The position numbers and the translations under genes are program-made. A stretch of 64,000 bases of DNA from Bacilli bacterium (GTDB taxonomy: Bacteria > Bacillota_I > Bacilli_A > RF39 > UBA660), in assembly GCA_030602345.1 (NCBI GenBank), contig JAUVZX010000002.1, forward strand, positions 71,049 to 135,048. Direction: 5' to 3'. Shown piece by piece: positions 20,109 to 28,526 of the stretch. The stretch's first letter is position 1; each line of letters opens with the position of its first letter. Under the pieces are notes generated by a model. The model was not told where the DNA came from and did not search any database. It saw nothing but the letters and a program-made list of their open reading frames with translations.

Positions 20109-20280
20109 TGTTAAAGAAGTAGCAAAATATTTATCGGTAAGTGAATCAACAATTAGAAAATTAGTTAGGGAAAATGGTGTTCCGTATTATAGGATTTACT
20201 CTAAAATTTTATTTAATAGAGAAATAATTGATTTATGGTTAAAAGATAAACAAAATAAAAATAATTATTTTGTTGAATAA
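20089..20280 (+). CDS. Excisionase-family HTH DNA-binding protein (Xis/MerR-like)
   Basis: FNVKEVAKYLSVSESTIRKLVRENGVPYYRI...EIIDLWLK matches the excisionase-family HTH. It overlaps the macro gene by 20 nt. Confidence 0.55.
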   Translation: MEKIVFNVKEVAKYLSVSESTIRKLVRENGVPYYRIYSKILFNREIIDLWLKDKQNKNNYFVE

Positions 20281-20439
20281 ATAAAAAACTGTTTTGGTAA
20301 TATGAATATTAGATTTTTTACTGTATAATGATTGTAGTTGAGTATTGTTGTGATATTAGCATAACAGGTTAAAATTTATGTAATGTGTTTTGGTATCAAG
20401 TAATACATATAAGTAAAAGTTAAATTAAGAGGTGAATAA

Positions 20440-22155
20440 ATGAATTATATTGCGGGATATGAAGAAAAATATGCAATAATTATTGGAATAAATGAATATA
20501 AAAATACAAACAATCTTTTATATGCAGTAAATGACGCGGTTGCTATTGCAGATTTGTTAGAAAAAAAATTTGAATATAATAAAGATAATATTGAATTAAT
20601 ATTGGATAAAGATGCAACAAAGAAAAACATTTTAGATAAATATATTAAATTAATTGAAAAGACAAATGAAAATGATAGTGTTATTGTTTTTTATGCAGGG
20701 CATGGCTATACACAAAGATCAAAGAAAAATGATGTTGGTTTTTTGGTTCCAACGGATGCCAGTGTTGAAAATATTAATACATTAATCAGATGGGATGAAC
20801 TTACTCGAAATGCTGACTTTATTAAGGCAAAACATATGCTCTTTATTATGGATGCTTGCTATAGTGGATTAGCAGTTACAAGAGGATTTAATCCGGGTAC
20901 AAGTCGTTTTTTAAAGGATATGCTACAAAGATATTCTCGTCAAGTTTTAGTAGCAGGTAAGGGGGACCAAGTTGTTAGCGATGGAAACGGACCACTTCCA
21001 GAACATTCGATTTTTACAGGTCATTTGATTGAAGGATTGAATAATAGCGCCAAGAATAAATATGGAATTATAACTGCCAACGGGTTAATGTCCTATGTTT
21101 ATAACAAAGTTGCTAATGATACTTATTCTAATCAAACACCACATTATGGATTTATTGATGGTGATGGAGACTTTATTATAAATATTAATGAAATAAGCAA
21201 CATAATCGAAAAAGAAACTTCAGAGGGGAATGATTTATTAATAGATATTCCTTCTGCGTTTGAAGGGGACAACGATAAAAATATTTCTGATGAATTGGTA
21301 GAAGAAGTTAAAGAATTAGTTTCAGAAGATAAGAACATTATTAAGCTAGAAGGCCTAGTGAATTTTGAAATAAGAAAAATAATTGAATTGACTTCATATG
21401 AACATTTTTCAGTTAATGAGACAGCAAATCAAACGATAATAGATGAACGAATAGAAAAATATGAAGACATAATAAAAAATTTGCAAAGGATAATTATAAT
21501 TCTCTGTTGTTGGGGAAAAGAAAAGCATTTAAGAATAGTTGAAAAAATAATAAGTATGTTAGCGAATAATAATAGTCAAATAGGTGGAACAACTTCATTA
21601 ATTAATTTAAGATGGTATCCGATAATGATATTAATTTATTCTGGAATGGTTTCATCTTTGGCTTCGAATAATTTTGAATATTTAAGTGCCATTCTAAATG
21701 GTAGAGTTACCAATTTTAAAAGAGGATATATGGAAAGCGATTATGCTGTTATATTAGCTTCAAATTCAATTACTGATACAATGAATATTTTTAATAAGCA
21801 TCCAGAGGGTAAAAAGTATCATTATCCTTTCAGCGAATATATTTACAAGAAAATTCAACCAATGCTAGATGACTTATTATTTTTGGGAAACACTTATGAA
21901 GATTTGTTTGATATTTCTGAGTTATTAATAAGCTTAAAATATGTTGATATTAAATTTAAAGATGAGGAAAGTAGAGTTTGGGGACCGCAAGGAAGATTTG
22001 CTTATAAATATGAGGATAATGAGGAAAAGCTTTTTGAAAAACTTTCAACAAAGAATATTTTGAACAGAATTAATATATTTGATAATGATGAAAATAGGAA
22101 GAAAAAAATTGTAGACCTATATCAAAAATTTTTAAAAGGAATAAATCGTTTTTAA
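20440..22155 (+). CDS. Caspase-like (peptidase C14) domain protein with an uncharacterised C-terminal domain
   Basis: N-terminal about 250 aa: YAIIIGINEYKN...AVNDA, the His block VIVFYAGHGY and the Cys block LFIMDACYSGL form a caspase His/Cys dyad. The C-terminal 320 aa have no recognisable motif. Confidence 0.7.
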   Translation: MNYIAGYEEKYAIIIGINEYKNTNNLLYAVNDAVAIADLLEKKFEYNKDNIELILDKDATKKNILDKYIKLIEKTNENDSVIVFYAGHGYTQRSKKNDVGFLVPTDASVENINTLIRWDELTRNADFIKAKHMLFIMDACYSGLAVTRGFNPGTSRFLKDMLQRYSRQVLVAGKGDQVVSDGNGPLPEHSIFTGHLIEGLNNSAKNKYGIITANGLMSYVYNKVANDTYSNQTPHYGFIDGDGDFIININEISNIIEKETSEGNDLLIDIPSAFEGDNDKNISDELVEEVKELVSEDKNIIKLEGLVNFEIRKIIELTSYEHFSVNETANQTIIDERIEKYEDIIKNLQRIIIILCCWGKEKHLRIVEKIISMLANNNSQIGGTTSLINLRWYPIMILIYSGMVSSLASNNFEYLSAILNGRVTNFKRGYMESDYAVILASNSITDTMNIFNKHPEGKKYHYPFSEYIYKKIQPMLDDLLFLGNTYEDLFDISELLISLKYVDIKFKDEESRVWGPQGRFAYKYEDNEEKLFEKLSTKNILNRINIFDNDENRKKKIVDLYQKFLKGINRF

Positions 22156-22330
22156 ATGTTTACTTTTACAAAGACTTTAAATCAATATGATTTAGGTCTT
22201 TTTTTGTATTTGAAAAGGTATAATATTTAATTTTTAAATGTTTTAAAAGTATTTAAACTTTTTTAAAGAAAACCCTTGAGATTATGACAAAGGGTCTATA
22301 ATATATATTTTATGGTAAGGAGGGTCCATG

Positions 22331-22921
22331 ATGAATAATAGAATTTATGGATATGCGAGAGTGTCGAGCAAAGAGCAAAACGAGGAAAGGCAAATAAAAT
22401 CACTAATAGAAAACGGTGTAGAAGAAAGATTTATATTTGTTGATAAACAAAGTGGAAAAGATTTTAATAGAAGCCAATATCAAGTTTTAAAAAATGCTTT
22501 AAGAGAAAATGATATATTAGTTATTAAGTCAATTGATAGATTAGGTCGTAATTATAATATGATTATTGAAGAATGGCGAGATATTACTAAGAATATAAAA
22601 GCTGATATCAAAATAATTGATTTACCCATTATAAATACAGATAGAAATAAAGAATTATTAGGGACTGTTATTAGTGATATAGTATTAGGTTTATTATCTT
22701 ATGTTGCAGAACAAGAAAGAGCTTTTATTAAACAGCGACAAAAAGAAGGAATAAATAATGCTATGAATAAAGGGATTAAGTTTGGTAGACCAAAGATTAA
22801 TAAACCACAAAATTTTGATATTATTATTAGGAAATGGAAAAATAAAGATATTAAAACTAAAGAAGCGATGGAGTTATTAGAATTAAAGCCAAATACTTTT
22901 TACAATATGATAAAAATGTAA
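22331..22921 (+). CDS. Small serine recombinase (resolvase/invertase family)
   Basis: IYGYARVSSKEQNEERQ catalytic Ser motif, about 195 aa with a C-terminal HTH. Confidence 0.8.
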   Translation: MNNRIYGYARVSSKEQNEERQIKSLIENGVEERFIFVDKQSGKDFNRSQYQVLKNALRENDILVIKSIDRLGRNYNMIIEEWRDITKNIKADIKIIDLPIINTDRNKELLGTVISDIVLGLLSYVAEQERAFIKQRQKEGINNAMNKGIKFGRPKINKPQNFDIIIRKWKNKDIKTKEAMELLELKPNTFYNMIKM

Positions 22922-23028
22922 AGTTTTGATAAAAAATAAAAAAAATAAAAAAAGTATTTACATATTAAAAGTTTTCTGATATAAATATTTTGAGGAGTTA
23001 ATTCATATTTTTATGTAATTAATGATTC

Positions 23029-23145
23029 GTGCAAAAAGTGCAAAAAATTAAAAGTGTAAAAAAGTTAAAATCTCAAAAAAGCAGAAAACGTAAAAAGTGC
23101 AAAAGTGCAAAAGTGCAAAAAAGTGCAAAAAAAGTACAAACGTTT
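23029..23145. repeat. Phased A-tract repeat array (GTGCAAAA units)
   Basis: GTGCAAAA(A) units begin at 23029, 23038, 23054(GTGTAAAA), 23097, 23105, 23113, 23123 and 23134(GTACAAA). Spacing of 8-11 bp predicts intrinsically bent DNA. An 11-bp inverted repeat pair TGCTTATAGAG (23151-23161) / CTCTTATAAGCA (23183-23194) follows. Confidence 0.6.
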
Positions 23146-23214
23146 AATAATGCTTATAGAGATTTTTTTGTTATTTAAAAACCTCTTATAAGCAAAAAAA
23201 GAAAGGAGGTTATT

Positions 23215-23517
23215 ATGAATAATATTAAATTATTGCCACCACTTGAAGAATGGGACAGCGATAATCAAGGTTTATATTATTATGGAGATTCAATAGTAAA
23301 TGCTGATGGTTCATATAGTATGGAAGTCTTTAAAATGCCATTTCCAAGAGAAGAAGTATTCTATAGGCGAAGAAATATACCATCAAATATGTTAAATTTA
23401 CCCCAATATGACACTTGTAAGTATTGTAATAAAATACTTATTGATGGCTACTGGAGAAGAATGCATATGTGTAGAGCATGCTATGATAAAAAGCCTTGGG
23501 CAAAACCATTGTTCTAA
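23215..23517 (+). CDS. Hypothetical small Zn-ribbon protein
   Basis: 100-aa ORF with C-terminal CKYCN...CRACY; AAAGGAGG RBS. It lies between the two recombinase genes. Confidence 0.35.
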   Translation: MNNIKLLPPLEEWDSDNQGLYYYGDSIVNADGSYSMEVFKMPFPREEVFYRRRNIPSNMLNLPQYDTCKYCNKILIDGYWRRMHMCRACYDKKPWAKPLF

Positions 23518-23604
23518 TATTTGAAGTTATATCACTTCTATATTTTGATTATATAGAGGTGATATAATAACATTGTAATCATTCTGATATTTGGAGGTGA
23601 AGAA

Positions 23605-25296
23605 ATGATAAAAAATGAAGTTCAAAATAAAACCGCAGTGTACATTCGTGTTAGTACAGATGACCAAGCTCGTGAAGGACATAGTTTAGATGAACAACTT
23701 GATAGAATTAAAGAGTTTTGTAATTATAAAAAACTTGAAATTTTGAAAGTTTATAAAGACGATGGTAAAAGTGCAAAAAATATGAATGGCAGACCAGAAT
23801 TTTTAAAAATGGTAAATGATGTTAAAAGTGGTAAGATAAATAATATTTGTATTTACAAGCTTGATAGATTAACTAGGTCAGTAAGAGACTTAGAGGAAAT
23901 ATTAACATTGTTGGAAGAATGCGATTGTGGTTTAATGTCAGTAAGTGAAGAAATAAATACAAAAGGTTATATGGGAGTGTTCTTTATAAGATTAACAATA
24001 TTGTTAGCTCAATTAGAAATAGATCAGACAAAAGAAAGAACAATAATGGGGCTAGTTGGAACGGTTAAGCAAGGTATTCCAATTGGGAAATTACCAATTG
24101 GATATAAAAGAGATATTAATAACAGTGATTTGAAATTGAGAAAAAAAGCGATTATCAATGAAGAAGAGGCACAGGTTGTTAGAAGAATATTTAATCTGTA
24201 TTTAAAAGGCTACTCATATTACTTTATAGCAAAGAAGTTAATTGAAGAAGGCAATGCAATGAAAAAATGGAAGGACTATGAAATACAAAAAATTATTAAT
24301 AATAAAATATATTGTGGCGATATAGAGCATAGAAAATCCATTAAAGATAAAGAAACAGTTATTTATGAAAATGTAGTTCCTCCAATTATTAGTAGAGAAG
24401 TATTTAATGAATGCCAAGTTTTAATTGAGAAAAATAAACATAGTTTTGGTGGCAGTTTGGAGTATATGTTTGGAAAAACTCTATATTGTAATAAGTGCGG
24501 TAGTATGCTTGGTGTTAGTTCAAATAAGGGAAAAGGAATTAAACATTATTGGTGTAAAAAGTGTAATAGCAGATTAAATGAAAGTAAAGTTGAAAAAGCT
24601 ATTTTAGAAAAATTAGAAAGTATTGAGCAATTTAATATAGCATTAACCTATAATGCTATTATGGTTGATGATGATAGATTGACTGAAATATTAAACAATG
24701 TAGAATTAGAAGCACCAGACGAAAGATTAAAAGAAAGAAAAGAAGAACTTAGAGATTTGTTAGATGATGCAGTTTATAAAGCAAATATTTCTAAAGATAA
24801 GAAAGAAAATGCGCTGTGGTCAGATATGAATTATGAAGAAAAGAAAACCTTTATTAATACTATGATAGAAGCTATTTACATAGATAAAATTAAAGGTACA
24901 AATCAACAAGATTATGATGTTGTAATTAAGAAAATCAGATTTAAGCAAAGCAGAGTTATGGCATTCTATAAATTAATAAACCAAGGTATTATTGATTCGA
25001 TAAGTGCCAAAGCAAATGCTTATTATAGTTCTTTTGCTTTAATTGATAAAGAAGAAGAAATTCAAAATTACATAAAAAAATTAAGGCAAAAGTATAAAAT
25101 AAAAGTTGATGAAATAGTTATTAGAGGCGATGAACCAAAAAGAAAAAATAGTTTAAAAAAGATGGATGATTTTTTTGAGGAAGTATATTTTAACAATGAT
25201 AAATTATTTAAACTAATTAAGGTTGGCAGAAAGAATGAATTATTAAAAGGAACCTTTAATAAAGAAAAACATATATTTATTAGCTTAGAAGATTAA
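23605..25296 (+). CDS. Large serine recombinase (site-specific integrase)
   Basis: TAVYIRVSTDDQAREGHSLDEQ catalytic domain and a recombinase domain. The Zn-ribbon CNKCGS...CKKCNS and a C-terminal coiled-coil region give 563 aa, typical of large serine recombinases. Confidence 0.85.
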   Translation: MIKNEVQNKTAVYIRVSTDDQAREGHSLDEQLDRIKEFCNYKKLEILKVYKDDGKSAKNMNGRPEFLKMVNDVKSGKINNICIYKLDRLTRSVRDLEEILTLLEECDCGLMSVSEEINTKGYMGVFFIRLTILLAQLEIDQTKERTIMGLVGTVKQGIPIGKLPIGYKRDINNSDLKLRKKAIINEEEAQVVRRIFNLYLKGYSYYFIAKKLIEEGNAMKKWKDYEIQKIINNKIYCGDIEHRKSIKDKETVIYENVVPPIISREVFNECQVLIEKNKHSFGGSLEYMFGKTLYCNKCGSMLGVSSNKGKGIKHYWCKKCNSRLNESKVEKAILEKLESIEQFNIALTYNAIMVDDDRLTEILNNVELEAPDERLKERKEELRDLLDDAVYKANISKDKKENALWSDMNYEEKKTFINTMIEAIYIDKIKGTNQQDYDVVIKKIRFKQSRVMAFYKLINQGIIDSISAKANAYYSSFALIDKEEEIQNYIKKLRQKYKIKVDEIVIRGDEPKRKNSLKKMDDFFEEVYFNNDKLFKLIKVGRKNELLKGTFNKEKHIFISLED

Positions 25297-25327
25297 ATAT
25301 AAGTAAAAAAATGTTATAAATGCTATA

Positions 25328-26821
25328 ATGATTTGTAAGGAAGTGTATGTAGTGGAAGAATTATTAAAAACAATTTATTTTGATTATTATAATATTAAAA
25401 GGACAAATAAATTTACTACTGATAAAGAATTTTTCAGATTTCTGTATAATTTAAAAAATTATAAAGATAAAAAAATAAATGGCAATGAAATATTAAAAAA
25501 ATATTTAGATCCTGTTGTAAAAGAAATTAGAGATAAAATTGGTAAAAACACTTTAAAAGATGATTTTTTTTCAGAAAAGAATTTTGTACATTTAACATAT
25601 CCTCTTGAACAAACTATAAAAAGATTACAAATTATATATATTAGTTTAGGTGAAGAAGAATGGAATAAAATTTTTAGTTTTAAATATAGTTTTTTTGTTG
25701 ATTTTATATTTTTTCTTATTAGAAGAGTTTTGTTATTTAATGATTATGCACTTCAAAAAGATAATAAAAGAAAACGAGAATATGAAGAAAGTTTTTCAAA
25801 ATCAACAAATTTTTACTTTACCAAAGATGAACTTTACAGCTTTTTTCCAAAACACAAAAAAGAGATAGATAAGATATTTAATATTATAACAATAAATATT
25901 TTTGGTTTTGAAAAAGAAGCAGATGTTTTTAAGATTATTGAAAATGACAATAAATATATATTATATTTTTTATGGGATTTCACATATTTTTTATACGATT
26001 TAATAGAAGACGAGATTATCAAATACTATGGCATTAATTCCAAAGAGTTAGATAAATATTATTTGAAAAGAGGTAAGGCATTAGAAAAATATTGTTACAT
26101 AAGCTTAATAGATGCTTTTCCCAAAACAAATATTAGAAGAAATTTATATTATGATAGTAAAAATGGAAATAATGAAATAGATATTATACTTGAAACTAAA
26201 AACGAATTTATTATATTTGAGCAAAAGAGTTCAAAATTTGATATCCATCAAACAAAAGATGATGAAAATTTAAAAAAAGCATTTATTAAAGCATTTGGAA
26301 ATAGTTTTAAAACACTAAACAATTTTTATGAATTTGCTAAAAATGGTGATGGTGTTATGTATTTTAAGCACGATAAAAAGAAAGTTAATATTGATTTAAA
26401 ACATAAAAAAATAATATTGATTCAAGTATCATTACACAACATAGAGTATATGCAAAGTAGCGTTCAAAAATTTGATAAAAATTTAATAAAACCAGTTGCT
26501 AATTACCCTATATGTTGGAATTTTATAGATTTTTTAACAATATTAGAACTTGCGAAGATGAATACAGAAATTGTAATAGAATATATAAATAAAAGATATG
26601 ACATTTTAAATAGAAACAAAGAAATTACTTTGGATATAGATGAAATAGATGCTATGGGATTTTTAACTGACTCTAGATATAAAAAACAATATGAGATGTT
26701 AACGAATGATCAAAACAATAATGTAGATTTAAGATTTATGATAGGAAATGGAGCGTATAGAAATGAAGTAAATGAACTAATGAATTCAAGATTTTATGAT
26801 ATGCTTTTTAATGTAAAATAA
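25328..26821 (+). CDS. Hypothetical protein with a putative PD-(D/E)xK nuclease core
   Basis: 497 aa; GNNEIDIILETKNEFIIFEQKSS fits the D...(E/D)xK core of restriction-like nucleases. It starts 32 bp after the large serine recombinase stop. Confidence 0.35.
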   Translation: MICKEVYVVEELLKTIYFDYYNIKRTNKFTTDKEFFRFLYNLKNYKDKKINGNEILKKYLDPVVKEIRDKIGKNTLKDDFFSEKNFVHLTYPLEQTIKRLQIIYISLGEEEWNKIFSFKYSFFVDFIFFLIRRVLLFNDYALQKDNKRKREYEESFSKSTNFYFTKDELYSFFPKHKKEIDKIFNIITINIFGFEKEADVFKIIENDNKYILYFLWDFTYFLYDLIEDEIIKYYGINSKELDKYYLKRGKALEKYCYISLIDAFPKTNIRRNLYYDSKNGNNEIDIILETKNEFIIFEQKSSKFDIHQTKDDENLKKAFIKAFGNSFKTLNNFYEFAKNGDGVMYFKHDKKKVNIDLKHKKIILIQVSLHNIEYMQSSVQKFDKNLIKPVANYPICWNFIDFLTILELAKMNTEIVIEYINKRYDILNRNKEITLDIDEIDAMGFLTDSRYKKQYEMLTNDQNNNVDLRFMIGNGAYRNEVNELMNSRFYDMLFNVK

Positions 26822-26851
26822 TTAAAAAGTTATAAAAAATAAGTTTTGTGC

Positions 26852-26877
26852 CTATTGGAAGATTGCCCCATTTAAAA
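26852..26877. repeat. 27-bp repeated motif CTATTGGAAGATTGCCCCATTTAAAA (copy 1)
   Basis: Near-identical to 29396-29422 (CTATTGGAAGCTTGCCTCATATAAAA). Both copies lie about 25 bp after a stop codon and before a hairpin terminator. The GCCCCAT core resembles the tRNA-His 3' end. Confidence 0.5.
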
Positions 26878-27211
26878 AAATACTGCTCATTATCCAATGA
26901 GCCTTATAAATAAAGGGATTGCATGTTTGCAATCTTCTTTTTTATGCATTTTTTAGTTAAAATCGATGGTTTTTTCGCCCGAAAATGCAAATTTTTAAGA
27001 ACCTTTGTATTGAGGTGCTGTATTAAATTTATATTGAAAGCGTATTAATAAGTGCTAATAATACGTATTGAATATGTAATAATTAATGTATAATCTGTTA
27101 AAAACCACTTTAAAGTGTTATAATTTTATTGGGTGATAACGATATTTAAAAATTAATTCTAGAAATAAAAATAACTGAATATAAATATAAATAGGAAAGG
27201 GTGTTGAAAAA

Positions 27212-28057
27212 ATGAAATTATATGAAGGTCAAAAAATCACAATATTTACTAAACACAAAAAGGAGAATGCAATGGTGGAACTATTTAAAAATTCCATTGG
27301 TGGTGATATTGAAGTTTATGATAAATTTGATACTGATAAGCTTGGAACTTTTTCAAGAGAAATATCTAGAAAAAAAAGTCAAATAGATACAGCAAGAAAA
27401 AAAATCAAGATTGCTATAAAAAAATGTAAGGAAACCGATGTAATAGTTTCAAGTGAGGGTAGTTTCACTTCCCATCCTGATGCACCTATACCATGGAACA
27501 TTGAATTAGTTATGTTTTATGATGTAAAGAAAAAAATGGAAGTCTATGGTTTTTATGCAGGTTCAGAAACTAACCAGAGTCACATTTTGACAAACAATTA
27601 TGAGGAGGCTTTAGATTTTGCAAAAAAGATTGGTTTTCCATCACATCAATTGATAATGAGACCCGATAGCGAAAAGTCAAAGCATATAGTGAAAGATATT
27701 AATACCAAGTCAAAATTAAAAGAAACATTTGATTATTGCGTTTTGAAATCAAAAACAGGGAAAGTTTTTATAGAAACAGATATGAGAGCTTACGCCAATC
27801 CAACAAGAATGAAGAATATCGAAAAAGCAACAAAAAACCTAATTGACAATATACTCAATTTTTGCCCAAGATGTCAAGAACCAGGTTTTGTTGTAAGCGA
27901 AGTAATAAGGGGACTTCCGTGTTCGCAATGTGGATTTCCAAGTGATTTTCCTTTGGAGTATGTTTATAGTTGTTGGAAATGTAAAAAAACAGTGACAAAA
28001 AAAAGTGAGGAAGCAGCAACTGTTAATCCGATGTACTGTCATAATTGCAATCCTTAA
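27212..28057 (+). CDS. Hypothetical protein with C-terminal double Zn-ribbon
   Basis: 281 aa; C-terminal CPRCQ...CSQCG...CWKCKK...CHNCNP; no family recognised. Confidence 0.35.
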   Translation: MKLYEGQKITIFTKHKKENAMVELFKNSIGGDIEVYDKFDTDKLGTFSREISRKKSQIDTARKKIKIAIKKCKETDVIVSSEGSFTSHPDAPIPWNIELVMFYDVKKKMEVYGFYAGSETNQSHILTNNYEEALDFAKKIGFPSHQLIMRPDSEKSKHIVKDINTKSKLKETFDYCVLKSKTGKVFIETDMRAYANPTRMKNIEKATKNLIDNILNFCPRCQEPGFVVSEVIRGLPCSQCGFPSDFPLEYVYSCWKCKKTVTKKSEEAATVNPMYCHNCNP

Positions 28058-28344
28058 TTAAAATTGATAATGTTTAAATATAAATTTAAAGCAAACATTT
28101 TCGTATTACAGCTGTGACTTACCAGTGATATAAATAGCTTGTTGCCCCGTCATTTTAGACACACAAATTAAAATAATTATCGTATAAATTGGCTTCAAAA
28201 AAGAATATAAATTTATACTGAAAATGAAACTAACCCAATTGATATAAGGTAATAACCACTATTTTAAACTTGTATCGAGAATGTATTACAAATGTATGTG
28301 ATAAAAATACTAGACTTTTATTAAAATAAGCGGTATTTTGTAAA

Positions 28345-28396
28345 TGACTAGTGAGTATGTGGGCTGAGAAAATAGTAGACCTTCGCCCCATTAAAG
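28345..28396. repeat. Degenerate copy of the tRNA-His 3' half (putative att-site remnant)
   Basis: TATGTGGGCTGAG...AGTAGACCTTCGCCCCATTAAAG parallels the tRNA T-arm and acceptor plus flank TATGCGTGGGTTCGATCCCCACTAGTCGCCCCATATTTAG. A terminator hairpin ACAAACCTTTAAATAAGGTTTGT follows. Confidence 0.45.
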
Positions 28397-28526
28397 AAAA
28401 TGACAAACCTTTAAATAAGGTTTGTTTTCTTTTGGTAAAAAAGACATAACACACCTATATTAATTTAAGTAAGTTCTGTCATAACTATGAAATTTTTATG
28501 ATAAAATATTAATAGGAGGAACTACT

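Larger units (their letters stand above)
14588..28390. mobile_element. Putative integrated mobile element / genomic island at the tRNA-His 3' end (Rep, iterons, RM, defense-like cargo, two serine recombinases)
   Basis: It starts immediately after tRNA-His. It contains the HUH Rep-like gene with iterons, an XRE gene, an RM pair, an Xis-type HTH and two serine recombinases. A degenerate copy of the tRNA-His T-arm and acceptor 3' half lies at about 28345-28390 (..TATGTGGGCTGAG..AGTAGACCTTCGCCCCATTAAAG versus the tRNA ..TATGCGTGGGTTCGATCCCCACTAGTCGCCCCATATTTAG). The right boundary is uncertain and could lie at about 26870 or about 30450. Confidence 0.5.

Noticed and set aside
23029-23145. Possible CRISPR array from the GTGCAAAA repeats
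   Set aside because: The units are 8-11 bp with no unique spacers and no cas genes, which fits phased A-tracts and not CRISPR.
25650-26022. Overlapping 72-aa (+) and 62-aa (-) ORFs inside the 497-aa gene
   Set aside because: They are out of frame or antisense within a longer coherent ORF, with low-complexity translations.
28230-28454. 74-aa minus-strand ORF in the 28.06-28.53 kb intergenic region
   Set aside because: No RBS. It overlaps the tRNA-like remnant and terminator, so it is more likely non-coding.
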